Of a DNA stretch of 64,000 nucleotides, positions 11,061 through 24,714 are shown in pieces. Made by a program: the position numbers and the translations under genes. The notes beneath the pieces are model-generated. The model worked only from the letters and a program-made list of their open reading frames with translations, had not been told where the DNA came from and made no database searches. Every line of letters starts with the position of its first letter. Within the stretch, counting starts at the first letter, position 1. Source of the stretch: Octopus vulgaris (lineage: Eukaryota); assembly GCA_951406725.2 (NCBI GenBank), contig OX597814.1:145576001-145640000 (forward strand). The letters are read 5' to 3'.

Positions 11061-11901
11061 TATATACATAAATATATGTGTGTGTAGGTAAATGCCTATG
11101 TACGTAAACAGACAGATAAACACACACACACACACACACATGCAAACACACAAACAGGAATATGCAGAATGCATACGTAGAAACGTACACACATGTATGC
11201 ATATATATGTATACACATACATGCATACGCACATAGATAATATATGCATGCATACATACAAGTGTGAAAACACATGTACACTGACACACACACTCACACA
11301 TGCGCACAAACAAACAAAGAAAAAGACCAGCGTCAACAGCCATTGAAAGGTTGCAAGACGCAATGAAAATTTTAGAAAAAATAAATAGGTAAACGAGTGG
11401 AAATCGAACCGGTGAATGTGTTACATAATAAGGCACTAAAAGAGAATGACTCTCTCTCCAGACACAATAGTATACTACATACATATATATATTCATACAT
11501 ATATATATATATTTGCATTTGGGTATGATTAGTATAATTTTGGTAGTAATGACTTTGTCCCTCTTAGTGTGAGGCATTTATGTGTAATAATGCCCTCTAT
11601 ACAATATAGATATAATTAATTTGTTCAAAAGAAAAAAATTATTTTCGGATTCTTTTCTTTTATGAGGTTTTCACGCTAGCTACCCGATAATTTCTTGTTA
11701 AGATCCCTTATTAAGAGATTATCCTTAATTGTTAAACTTATTCCGAAATACTTTTCATTACCCGACATGCAGTTCGTAAAAAGCCCGCCATTTACCGGAT
11801 ATATGATTTATAAACATTCCATGTGCTTGGCCGGAGTGAGCAGTTGTCTGTTCGTCTTCGCTACGTAAGGTTGGTAGTTTATTTATGATGTGTTCAGAAT
11901 C

Positions 11902-11959
11902 AGTTCTGCTGACGATCATTAGACGTAAGTTGAATGTGAAATCACGGTGATACAGAACT
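11902..11959 (+). ncRNA. Type I hammerhead ribozyme
   Basis: agttctg-CTGACGA-tcatt-a-gac-GTAA-gtt-g-aatgt-GAAA-tcacggtga-TA-cagaact; stem I is 7 bp; predicted cut after 11952. Confidence 0.88.
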
Positions 11960-12381
11960 AAATTCATTTTTTAAATGTCTTGCTTTGAAAAACTGCATTT
12001 GGGTATGATTAGTATAATTTTGGTAGTAATGACTTTGTCCCTCCTAGTGTGAGGCATTTATGTGTAATAATGCCCTCTATACAATATAGATATAATTAAT
12101 TTATTCAAAAGAAAAAAATTATTTTCGGATTCTTTTCTTTTATGAGGTTTTCACGCTAGCTACCCGATAATTTCTTGTTAAGATCCCTTATTAAGAGATT
12201 ATCCTTAATTGTTAAACTTATTCCGAAATACTTTTCATTACCCGACATGCAGTTCGTAAAAAGCCCGCCATTTACCGGATATATGATTTATAAACATTCC
12301 ATGTGCTTGGCCGGAGTGAGCAGTTGTCTGTTCGTCTTCGCTACGTAAGGTTGGTAGTTTATTTATGATGTGTTCAGAATC

Positions 12382-12439
12382 AGTTCTGCTGACGATCATT
12401 AGACGTAAGTTGAATGTGAAATCACGGTGATACAGAACT
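12382..12439 (+). ncRNA. Type I hammerhead ribozyme, identical second copy
   Basis: Same sequence 480 nt downstream; predicted cut after 12432. Confidence 0.88.
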
Positions 12440-12563
12440 AAATTCATTTTTTAAATGTCTTGCTTTGAAAAACTGCATTTGGGTATGATTAGTATAATTT
12501 TGGTAGTAATGACTTTGTCCCTCCTAGTGTGAGGCATTTATGTGTAATAATGCCCTCTATACA

Positions 12564-12606
<43 letters not shown>

Positions 12607-13529
12607 TGAAATACAATGGTTCTCTGAAATGTGGAAATGTTCTCTATTTGAAATCTAATATTGTAAATATATCGCGTACACATCTGTACAAGGAAGATTT
12701 CTCCTCTCTTTCTCACACAAATACATGAGCGAGCGCACATACTCCGGAACATGCACACACACACACATATGTACTTATCCAACTTTGTATGTGTGTGTTT
12801 GTATTATATATATATATAGGGAAATGTCTGAAAACTTATATATATATATGCATATATAAACTTATATATTCTTATGTATAAGCATATATGTATCTGAATA
12901 TGCATATATAAATAAGCACGCATACATGTATGTATATATATATCTATATATGCACATACACACAGACATGTATGTATACGTATATTCCTATAACTAATTC
13001 CTGTACACATATATGCACGCTATCGTATTTAGAATTCAAAATGTATGGCGTCCACTTGCTTTACTTTGCTACTTACTGTCTAGTTTGATTAATTACTTGA
13101 AAGTAATATGTATTTCTTTTCAACCATTCATTCTATCTTTAGCAATTAATCAGCGCACAACAGTTTCTGTTACCTGATTACTTATGGAAATTTGTCCAGA
13201 TAATCCAGCAAAGATTACCAGTATCATTATGCATAAATATTCTCAAAAATTTTATCCGCAAATACACACAGCTGAATTTTACATGTTATATCGAGATATA
13301 ATCTAATGCTAGATGGGTTCTATTTCTTGCATTTCTGTTCGATGATTATTCTATAAGACATGTCTTTGCTATCGGAATTACTAACAGTCGCTATCTAAAT
13401 TATGGTATCCCAATCCACATATTTATTCTTTGCAAATTCATTAAAAATTACAATATTGCATATCTGTGCATTTGATGCATAACCTCAAGTTTTCGTGAAT
13501 TAATAGTTTAGAAGTATTGTAATATATAA

Positions 13530-14180
13530 TACTGTGTTGAGCAAAAAGTTTTGCAATATTATCATTATTTTCAGTAACTTATTTACTTTGTTCGTCAAGT
13601 TAGAAGAAGCGATGCCTCACATTGGGATGCAAAGGCCATCGTGTTGGACCATCTGAAGACACCTTTCTGCCAGTTCTTTGAACCCATCCTGTTACCAGCT
13701 ATTGTCGTTCGAGGTGAAGCACTCCTTCCTGAAGAGTTACAAACGTTGAAAGTGAAGAATGGAATGGAGCAGGTAATAACCCAAGAGAGAGATTTTTCCC
13801 TAATTCTAATGTGCACAAGCAGTGGTTAAGCAAGAGTAAGCTTTCAGAAGCTGTCACAAAACACAAGGTGATGCTATTCTTTCATTTGAATTATGAGGAG
13901 ATAATTCACTACGAGTTTGTTCCAGGTAGTCGAACCATCGATGCTAAACGGTACTTAAAAACTGGAACGGATCTGTGCCATCGTGCGGCAAAAATACCTA
14001 GCATTGGTTAACAGAAAGCAAGCTCTTCTGCAGCAACACAACGGAGGACTTCAGACCGCTCGATCGAAACGGAATAAACGCTAGGAACATGAAAGAATCG
14101 AACTGAACACCCAGCACATAGTCCAGACCTAGCTCCCTCAGATTATTACTTGCTCCGTTCCATGGCTTGATTAATTGTAA
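13530..14180. mobile_element. Mariner transposase remnants in opposite orientations
   Basis: Plus strand 13850-14170: IIHYEFVPGSRTID...SPDLAPSDYYL; minus strand 13560-13780: KELAERCLQMVQHDG (transposase C-terminus). Confidence 0.7.
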
Positions 14181-14974
14181 CATGGAAACGCTGCACTTAT
14201 GACCTTATATTATCTAAAATTGGTATTATTCACATCTAGGCGGTGCTGCAGCATGGCCGCAGTCAAATGACGTAAACAAGTAAAAGATATCCTGGCTTCG
14301 ACTTATATCAAGAAAATATATAGAATATTCTTTATTCGAAGGAATAAACACAATTTAATAAATCTATATTCGTGTTAATTGGTTGATGGAATGATATAAA
14401 TCCTGAATTCAGCACTAAACATCTAGGAAGAGCTTATGTGGTATCTTCAGCTGACACATTACCCGAAAATTACACCCTAATAAAGACATATTGATAATTT
14501 AGTCAAGGTTCGAGATGAAATATTATGTGACACAACATGGCCATCACCTGACACAGGATATAATGAGAGCGGTTTCGATTGAATATTTAAAGTAATTTCT
14601 CTTCTCGTACTTTCTTTGAAAAGTATGAATTTCATATATGTTTATGAACTACAAAGTTTAAGTGTAAGTGCCTTTTAGCAAGTTTACATAAAGGAGTGTT
14701 CTATGAGGCCGTTATATATTCAAATTCCGTTAATATTCATACACTAACTATCATATAATATGCTTTGTGAAGTGCGAACGTTTTTAATCAGAATTTGTAG
14801 ACTGGTATGGAAAATATTATGCGGTATTTATCTTAGACACTTCATGTTCTGTGTTCAAATTTCATTGATGTTGACTTTGCCGCTTATCTTTCCGAGTTTC
14901 AAGAAAATATAATCGTAGAATTGAATTGATCAGTTATACCCGTCCATACAAATTATATGGCTGTATGTCTATTC

Positions 14975-15395
14975 TTTGACTGCGGTCATGCTGGAGTGCC
15001 GCTCTTAGTCGAACAAATCGACTCCAGGACTTATTCTATGTAAACATATTACTTATTCTCTCGGTGTCTTTTGCTGAACCGCTACGTTACGGGGTCGTAA
15101 ACACACTAGCATCGGCTGTCAAGCGATAGTGGGGGGGGGACACAGACACACACATACGCACACACACATACGCACACACACATACGCACACACACATACG
15201 CACACACACATATGTATATATTTATATACGACAGGCTTCTTTCAGTTTCCGTCTACTAGATCCACTCACAAGGCTTCGGTCGATCGACCCAAAGTTATAG
15301 TAGAAGATACTTCTCAAGGTGCCACGCAGTGGGTGTGAATCCGGAACCGTGTGGTTGGTAAGCAAGCTACTTATCACACAGCCACTCCTGCACCT
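14975..15395 (-). mobile_element. tRNA-derived SINE family A with an internal microsatellite
   Basis: Homologous to the 42869-43349 copy; tRNA-like A/B-box head. Confidence 0.85.
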
Positions 15396-16695
15396 ATGAT
15401 GGAAAACGATTTTTTTTTTTTAAATACCAGAAGCATTTTTACCACCGTTTGTTCTTACATCCCGGTGTTTTTTTCTAATTAACATGTTTGCCAGCATTCT
15501 TTGAATAATGACACTTTCAAACATATTTTAGCAACTAACATAAACATTAAACATCATTTATACAGTTTTACTTCATGTCACTTTATTGAATATTCCATTG
15601 ATATATCCAGGAAAGAAATTGCAAAACGAAAGTTTTGAAAACCTTCGCAAAACCACCCAAACCTAATCCAACGAATATTACCTTAAAGTATATTACTTTT
15701 AGATATGAAGAATATTACTCTTCAACAGAGTTATAGTAGAAAGGTATAAATTTTTTCTTCTTGCAAATATAATGTTTAATTGCAAGCCGTATTCGATTTT
15801 AATCATATATCGCAATAGTTAAACGCTTAAGATTAAACAGTTATAACAAAAATCAAACGGTTATCGTTGTTCGGTAAAAAGATGTAACAGAATATAAAGT
15901 GCTAAATATTAAAATTTTACTCCAGCGGTCCTCTGCTTCATTGCACATTTGGGAGAGTAAAACCAGAGCAAATGGTTAGATTTTCTTTTCCGAGATCAAT
16001 ATAATTTCAAAGCAACTTATTCGCATTAGTATGACGAAGTAAACTTCAAATTGACCTTAGATCATTTCAGTGTACATGTGTATGTATGTGTGTGCGTGCG
16101 TGCGTGCATGTATGTATGTGTGGAATGGGTGGGGCTAAGAAGTTTCGTTAGCCTCAAAGTCACTTCAGTTCATATTCAATGCCTGATATCTTGTTGAAGT
16201 ACCTTTATCATGTTCTCCATGCAACCCAAGCTCTTAGAGTGAAATTGGAAAGACGAAAACTACGCAGAAGCCAGTGAATGAAATTTGCCTGTAATTTAGA
16301 CAATTAAAATTGACCTAATGTGTGACATGTTCATTCTGCCAGAGGATTATATTAAAGGTATACGTATTTGTACAGTATTCAATACCTTACATGCTATTTG
16401 AATGAATAGGTGATTCCGTACATGACACCGACAGATATACATTTGGTTTACATAAAGTAGTTTCTTTGGGGGTCTTTTAATATATATATTTCAGATTCGT
16501 TCTAGAATGTTTTGGCTTTATCCTGGACTAATTGTTAATAACAAACTTTGCCGCATCGACATAATGCTCACTGACTTAGTATACTCTTAAGTTAGCTTTG
16601 GTTTTCCATGATATTTAATTGAATATAATTGCTTAATGATCCTACAGATAAAAATAAATGCGCCAAGCATATTATCTTAATATGCTTTGTACGGA

Positions 16696-17073
16696 AGGCG
16701 GCAAGCTGGCAGAAACGTTAGCACACTGGGCGAAATGCGTAACCGTATTTCGTCTGCCGTTACATTCTGAGTTCAAATTCCGCCGAAGTCGACTTTGCTT
16801 TTCATCCTTTCGGGATCGATTAAATAAGTACCAGTTACGCATTGGGGTCGATGTAATCGACTTAATCCTTTGTCTGTCTTTGTTTGTCCCCTCTGTGTTT
16901 ACCCCTTGTGGGTAATAAAGAAATAGGTATTTCGTCTAGCGTTACCTTATGACTTCAAATTTTGTCGAAGTCGACTTTGCCTCTCGAGGTCGATAAATTA
17001 ATTACCTGTTGCGTACTAGGGTCGATTTAATCGACTGGCCTCTTCCCCCAAAATGTCGGGCCTTGTGCCTAGG
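16696..17073 (+). mobile_element. SINE family B (tRNA head, Nin/Deu-like domain), two adjacent copies
   Basis: AGCTGGCAGAAACGTTAGC...GAGTTCAAATTCCGCCGAAGTCGACTTTGCTTTTCATCCTTTCGGG; repeated many times in the window. Confidence 0.8.
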
Positions 17074-18585
17074 AATATTTCATATCACTCGTGTTTTAAC
17101 TAATCTCTTTTATAGATTTTGTCAACAATGGTAAAAACAAGTTTCTAGTTCCAATGCATTCAATTTTTTTTTTAATGTCTGTCTGTCTCCTACTACTTCA
17201 ACAAAGACCACGGAGTTGAAAATAAGCTTTTGCATCATTAACTTGACACTTTTATTCCTAGTATATAGTTTAAAGTGCGTTATAAAACTGATTTCGACAT
17301 TTAACTTCCATGAGAAAAATAAAAATGAAGATACATATCACTTGATTAATTTCCAAACTAGAAGCACATTTTTCAAAATACCATATGTCAGTATGACTTT
17401 TAAAATATATAGTGAAATACAAGTTACACACAACCAAATCCCTTTCTAACTATGTAGCACGTCTCTAGACACAGCCTTCATTTTTAGATGATCATTTTGT
17501 ATTCTTGTGAAGTTGTTTTATGGCAAAAATATATAATAATAGGAATCAGAAAAATGAATATACGAACATAAAGAATAGATTAAAAATGCAATAGATATGA
17601 AGCTATAAGATCAATAAAATGATAAATGTGAAAAGATATCTAAAACTTTTTGAAATGATATTCTGTTTGTGTTAGAATACGAAGAAAATAATTATTTCTT
17701 GAATATGTATTATATGTGTAATCCACAGAGAGTTAATAGAATCGAACTGAATAACAACTTCGTTCGTTAAAACGGCGTCACATTTCTAAATACTATAAAA
17801 CTAAAAACAAATGCAATATTTTTTGCTATAATCTAACAATAAATATATTGCATATATATTTCTATTTGATGCAGTATTTGGTAATAATTAGATTTCTGTC
17901 GAACGTCGAACAGGGTAGATAGTATCTGTGTAGGAGTAGTAAAGCTTATGAAAATAGTTGAGATAATATCAGAAATACATAAAATACATGGGATGAAACA
18001 ATTATGAATAAATGCAGGACAAACGTTTTAAGTTTGTTTTGACTCGTTGTAAAGATAATCTATATTACACTAAATACACCAACAAAAATTATTACTCTAT
18101 AGTTTCTTCATCATTCATTCGAAAGTTAAATCATTTCAAGACATTGATATGGGAAAAACACAAATATTCAAACCTCTGTTGATATGGCAGGTCTTGTGCA
18201 GTTCTCTCCGTGATACCTACTACGTGAAATGATGTCAAGTTTGTAAGTGGCCGGGTATTGCACAGATACTTGTAGACTTAACCCAATTCTCTTGTTAAAT
18301 CAACGTATTAGAATGTGAAAATGCTGTAGATTTGAATTACATTTAAACAACAGGTATAGCTCAGAGACAAAGAATAATTCACTGCAGTATTGGTTGGGTA
18401 CTTTATTCATGGAACCTGAAAAGAAGAAAAGTTAAGTTCAACTCGGTGGGATTGCGCTCTGAGTATAAGTAAACGAAAGAACTACTGCACGGCATTCTCC
18501 CAAAGGCTGTAAACATTCTTCCAATTCTCTGCCTTAACTGTAATGTACACACTACATAAAAGAACAAATTCAAGGACAGAAAAGC

Positions 18586-18616
<31 letters not shown>

Positions 18617-19812
18617 CAGAGAGAGAGAGAGAGAGAGACAGAGAGAGAGAGGAGGGAGAAAGAATTACACAATGCTTTGCGATACGATGGTGGATCTAAC
18701 TGAATAGGCAAATGAAAGGCAGGGATATTTAGCCGGTATTTACTCAGATATAAAACTAATCTAAATGCCGATTGGAATGTTGCATAATTACAAGGTGCAA
18801 TTATATGTGCCTCATTCAAATAATCACAAATCATTTGAACAATTTCAGGATATAATTGTTTTTCTATGTTCTCCTCTATTTTTATGATTTCATTGTTTAT
18901 TGTTTTCTTTCACGTTTACTGCTTGGAAACACTTAACGACCTACGTCAATGTTGGTGATGGTGGATGCAAGATGGATTCATATTTTCCGTTTAATATATT
19001 GGTACATTTTAATGGCTTCAACTTTTGTGAAATTAGGAGTGAAATAGAGAAGTAAAAATATTACACAGAATAAATCAACTGCAAGAAACCATAATGGAGT
19101 AATAAACAAAAGTATATGGAAAAATGGAATGAATAAAACCTTTATACTAGTGTGTCGACCTCGCAAAGGATAATTAACACTTCGTTTAATTAATGCCTGA
19201 AGCGAGAACAGAAAACAATATAAAATGTTTAAACAATGGACGTGAATATAACAGTAAATTGAATGTATGAGCAATGTTCACGCTGGAAAATAGTAATAAA
19301 AGTAATGAGTGAATGAAATAGGAATGAGAATGTACTTTACAGGTCAAATGAAATCGTAGGTTACATCTTTGTTTTTCAAGAGGCTTTACGCTCGATAGAG
19401 GAGTTTCAGTAAGAAGTGAAATTCATTTCAGTTTGTGTAGCATTCCACATATTAAGCATGTATAATAATGAGGCTTAGGAATCCATATTGTAATATTAAT
19501 TTCAAGAGAGATAGAAGGGAAGATTGACACATTTTCGTGTTTCTGCAAATGTATTAGCTCCAGAGTTTAATCGGATAATCTCAATCCCGTGTAATAAGTT
19601 GAGCCATCAGCTAAATCTTAGCATCATTTGCGATTGCAATTAAAAATGTTACTTCAGTTGGTAGAATGATTAATTATAATTCAAATGATTTGATACTATA
19701 ACTGGCGATATATTTCTAATAAATAAATCTTGTGCAATTACAGATTTCGTTTAAGATTCTAATGTTGACACACGAATAATATTTACGTTTCATTATTTGT
19801 GAATATATATAA

Positions 19813-20232
19813 GGCTGGCTGGTTGAAACGATAGCATGTCGGGAAAAATGCTTAGCGACATTTCATCCGCCTTTCCGTTCTGAGTTCAAATTCCACCGAA
19901 GTCGACCTTGAGTTTCAGCCTTTCGGAGTCAATAAAATAAGCATCAGTCGAGCACTGGGGTTGATGTAATCGACTAGTTCCCTCCCTCGAAATTTCAGGG
20001 AATATTAATGAATATATTAAGGCGGCGAGTCGGCAGAATAGCTAGCACGCCGGGGAAGATGCTTTGCGGAACTTCGAACTCCTTTACGTTCTGACATCAA
20101 GTTCCGCCGAATTGACTTTGACTTTCATCCTTTCGGGTCGATAAATTGAGTACCAGTAAAGTACTGGGGTCGATGTGATTGACTCGCCCCATCGATCAAA
20201 TTCCGGGCGTTGTACACATAGTAGAAAGGCTT
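19813..20232 (+). mobile_element. SINE family B, two tandem copies
   Basis: Same head and central domain as the 16696 copy. Confidence 0.8.
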
Positions 20233-21585
20233 ATTCGTGAATATATTTTAGTGTAAAAGTGTGTGTAATGTTCTTTAACAATATTCTTTTAGCGAACCGC
20301 AAGTGAATTAGATTTTATCTGAAGTGTCTGAAAAGTTCCATGAGAAATATTTCGCTCCAGGTAATAATGGTAATTTAGACTTACCAATATACTCTCAGTC
20401 CATTAAATATTAGGTCTATTTCCCCTTTGTCATTTATTGTATTAGATATACGCATTTTTCTTAAAAGGGAAAATGTTGAGTCAGCTCAAACGCCCCTCAT
20501 AATCGCAAATACAAGTTAAATATCCTTCCAACCACCTGTTATTGGAGACAAACAGTGATATATTAGGCAATGCAGTAGATGATAGACAAAAATGAGATGA
20601 TCACTCATATCACTAGACCTCTTTGCACCATAACATAGTCCAGAATGCAACACTGGCAAATGTGCTCTCTCAACGCCGTTACAAATCGTCATTGGTAGGT
20701 TGTCTTCTCCTACAATGTGCATCATACAGTTTGGGTCAGAGAGCTGGGCTTCGTTGTGACCGCTGCCGTAACTTAGGTCCCTTTGACGATAGAAATTCAA
20801 TACCGTCCGCATAGCATATACAGACTCTGTCGAGATTTTCCAGTCACGCTTCATTATTTATTATCATACACATTCCATGAACGTTGTTGTAACCTTTTAA
20901 GAACAGTAATTAAAGAATTCACAATTGAAAAGGTTTTTTTCATAATCGAAGTAGACTGATAGCTTGAAGTATACTTGTAATAGTATAAAAAATATATATT
21001 TATGTAAGGGATTGCATTATAACCAGTTATTGATAAAATTAATGTGTCTATAGTATTTATATAAACATAGATATATGCTCAATTACATTTATATATATAT
21101 ACATTTATAATGTATACATAACACACACATGGAGATATGTAAGCATTAGTGTACATGGGTGTGTAATTCTGTCCCTGCTTGAAATGTCCTTGTTTTATTG
21201 TTCGTTTTTATGTGATTTTATGAAACTGTAGCCGTTATCTTTAGCAGTTTGTGAGATCATGTAGACGCCCCACTATTTATGTACCAAATAAATATTATTT
21301 AGTGCTTATAATAATGGATTTAGCTCCTTTCTAAAACGTATCATAGTTTGTACTTATATACTCCCCGAAAATTATAGTTTAGTTGATTACTGAATTGTAA
21401 ACCAGATTTTTTTATTGTATTCTAGGTTACTCTTTTTATTTTATATAATCATTGTACTAGAATATGAAAAATGAATTTCATTATTTATGATTCTTAAGGA
21501 TATAGTATAGGGTGTGCCATTGCATTTAAACATAATCTATAGAACTCCATTATTATTACTCTCAAAAATATTTTGGAAAATGCAC

Positions 21586-21687
21586 ATGTAGGCACAGGAG
21601 TGGCTATGTGAAAGTGTCTTTTACTACTCGGACTGACCAAAGCCTTGTGAGTGGATTTATTAGACGAAAAACTGAAAGAAGCCCGCC

Positions 21688-21755
<68 letters not shown>

Positions 21756-21781
21756 ACGTCTGTGTGTGTCTGTATGTATGC

Positions 21782-21825
<44 letters not shown>

Positions 21826-21974
21826 GAGCGAGTGGACAAGCGAAAGAAGGGCACTCAACCAATTTATAGATCGAAAGAGTTTGGTCCAAATTCGTAGGTA
21901 CTCTTCAGTTTCAAGCGTGATGCTAGTCGTCAGCTATTTTGAATTTTGAAAATGGCTGACGACTAACATCACGG

Positions 21975-22042
<68 letters not shown>

Positions 22043-22059
22043 ATATATCTATCTATCTA

Positions 22060-22107
<48 letters not shown>

Positions 22108-22305
22108 TATATATATAGACATATATATATTTGTGTGTGTTTTTGTTTGTTGTTTATCCTCCCACCATCGCTTGAGAACCGATGTTGGCATGTTTACGTC
22201 TCTGTAACTTAGCGATTTGGCAAAAGAAACCGATAGAATAAGTGCTATGCATACAAAGATTAAGTCCTGGGGTCGATTTCGATCAAATGACTGAAAAAAG
22301 AAAAA
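21586..22305 (+). mobile_element. SINE family A, split by expanded microsatellites and a nested hairpin insert
   Basis: Head and body at 21586-21690, tail at 22140-22305. Confidence 0.7.
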
Positions 22306-22437
22306 GAAAAAAAAATATTTGGTAAAACAGTGAAAATATACATATTTGGTAGAACGGTAGAATTAAATAAATATTTAGATGTTTGTGTTATCGTACATAG
22401 GTGCATATCTTAACTGTTCGATATTTAAACACATGAA

Positions 22438-22660
22438 GGTGGTGAGCTGGCAGAAACGTTAGCATAGCATACGTGGCGAAATACTTTGGGGTATTTCGTC
22501 TGCCTTTATGTTCTGAGTTCAAATTCCGCCGAGGTCGACTTTTCCTTTCATCCTTTCGAGGTCGATAAATTAAGTACTAGTTGCGTACTGTGGTCGAGTT
22601 AATCAACTGACCCCCTCCACCCCTAAAATTTCGGGCCTTGTGCCTTGAGTAGAAAGGAAT
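22438..22660 (+). mobile_element. SINE family B
   Basis: GGTGGTGAGCTGGCAGAAACGTTAGC...GAGTTCAAATTCCGCCGAGGTCGAC... Confidence 0.82.
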
Positions 22661-23249
22661 ATTTAAACACATGTATTCTTGACTGATATGATGCCAAAAT
22701 AATATTACTAAGTGTAGCCTTTATAAGGTTAATGCTGATGAAACATAACCCATATGGATCTATTGAATCAGTTTTTCTTGTAATTTGGGATTTTATGTTA
22801 CTAAAAATGAAAGCCAATGTCATATTCAAGACTATCAACGAATTCGTGTACTGTTTAAATACCAGATTAGAGATTGACAGCGAGTGTTCTTACTTCCGAT
22901 AGATATTTGTCAAAACCCTGAAAGATTATCACTGATTCTGATTAACATTTAATTATTTATCAGAGCAGTAATAATCTCTTTAATTTCCTCTTTAGTTTTA
23001 ATCATTCATTAGCTTCTATTCCCCTCCCCAGTTTATGCCACTTAACTCACTATACCCGATTGCATTATACGTTATCACCTCTTTAAAGTTTTTCTCTTAT
23101 GGCAGCAGTTCTTTAACAAGTTGACCTTCATGACAAACACAAGTACATATCTTAGGTGGCACAGGCAAGCAAGTGTGACTTAATATCTAATATCACAGCT
23201 TTATTAATTGTTTTAGATTCCTATATCGAAAAGAACAAATATAAGCACC

Positions 23250-23492
23250 TCATCGTGATCCTAACCCAAATGCAAATGTATGGGAAACTACCACCCGTGT
23301 AGGAGAGTCCAGTTTGCTGGACATTGTTGTATAGCTGAAGACAAGGCAATTTCTCCTCTTCTCCTCTGGAAGCCATCTACTCGCAATACCAGAGGGTGCA
23401 CACTCTCCTACTCTGATGTAATCTCCAGGGATACAGGCATTCAGCAACAGAACCTCCGTAATGCTATGACGGTCGAAAAATGATGATGATGT
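23250..23492 (+). mobile_element. 3' end of an RTE-type LINE
   Basis: RRVQFAGHC...LLWKPSTRNTRG... followed by a (TGA)n tail. Confidence 0.7.
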
Positions 23493-23499
23493 GATCCCC

Positions 23500-23880
23500 C
23501 CCACTTGACTTACAAGAGAAGAAGTTTTGTCATCATTGAAAAATAATCGAACAAACTACCATAAATCAAAAATTGCCTTTCAATCCTAAGGCATCATACC
23601 GGGAGATCACCGTTAAAACATCTGCAGGAGGTTTTGAATCATTCTGGTCTCACATCTTGAATGAAAAAGGAGGTTTCACGCAGAATGAACTATGGGTAAA
23701 TTGAGCTAGGGAAAATACTGTACCAACATAGATCGTAAAGAAAATATACATTCAATCCTGAAACTTTTTACCGTAGCTGTAAATAAGCTGCGTAATTGGA
23801 AGGCACATAGAAGAGACCTAAGAGCTGCATACTGGTACCAGAAGCTAACTTTTCACAGAAAGCCAGTAATGTGTGTACTC
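23500..23880 (+). pseudogene. Heavily decayed LINE fragment, possibly R4/Dong-like
   Basis: Residual FWSHI and VNKLRNWKA motifs only. Confidence 0.3.
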
Positions 23881-24640
23881 AAGTAAACGATGAAAGGTCA
23901 GGTCAACATGTCAAAATGGCTGCTAGAGGATAGAAGAATCTCGTAGCAAAGAGATCAATCGAAAATGTTATTAAAGTATCATCCTTCAATGCGACATTAC
24001 GTTTCGTAATTACGTAAAATACATTCCGAAGAAAAAGTGTTCTGAAGATAAATCTTCTGTTATTTAATAAACACATAAACATTAACGCAAGAAATATGTG
24101 TGGAACGTCCAACAATTGCAAGTACAAGAATGAACATGTACTCCTTTGCAGGTCAGCTGCCCCACTGACGTATGGTAATGAAATGATGATAACTACGGAC
24201 AAATACTTGAAACCCCCCAGTTTCTAACACAAATTACAAATAATAATCCGGTTTTGCGAGTAAATCCTTAGTGCCAATCTGGAACTCATAAGATCTTCAG
24301 TAACTGGCTTCAAACAATTACATTACAAATGCAATTTGTCACTAACCCGAACAGTAAAAGATTTTTCTCAAGCTCAGAATCTAACAGTGTTCTGGTTATC
24401 TTACGTTCCAAAGATGAATGTTGGTATTTTTGTTAGAAATCAGCTTTGTTAGAAGCAGTGATCACACAATCTTACATAATACATATACACACATACATAC
24501 ATACATACATACATACATACATACATACATACATACATACATACATACATACATACATAGGTTTAAGAGACACCGTCAATATCAACTCAATCAACTTTGA
24601 ACGACATTATATATGAAAGAGACGATTCGGAATAAATTCC

Positions 24641-24711
<71 letters not shown>

Positions 24712-24714
<3 letters not shown>

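Larger units (their letters stand above)
11514..12568 (+). repeat. Tandem array of a 480-bp HHR-containing unit (2.2 copies); non-LTR retrozyme-like
   Basis: Units start at 11514, 11994 and 12474; I saw only two substitutions between full copies; (TA)n flanks. Confidence 0.93.

Noticed and set aside
11758-12447. Duplicated 69-aa minus-strand ORF in the 480-bp repeat
   Set aside because: No recognisable domain; it is antisense to the HHR and duplicated only because the unit is
11514-12568. CRISPR-like or ordinary satellite interpretation of the tandem
   Set aside because: No spacers, eukaryotic context, and only 2.2 copies with ribozyme cores
20318-20860. Possible mariner relic or exon (112-aa ORF)
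   Set aside because: Only a vague TIR-like start; no diagnostic motif or splice support
24140-24180. Possible micro-exon (ctcctttgcag|...|gtaatg)
   Set aside because: Signals of this strength are expected by chance and there are no supporting exons
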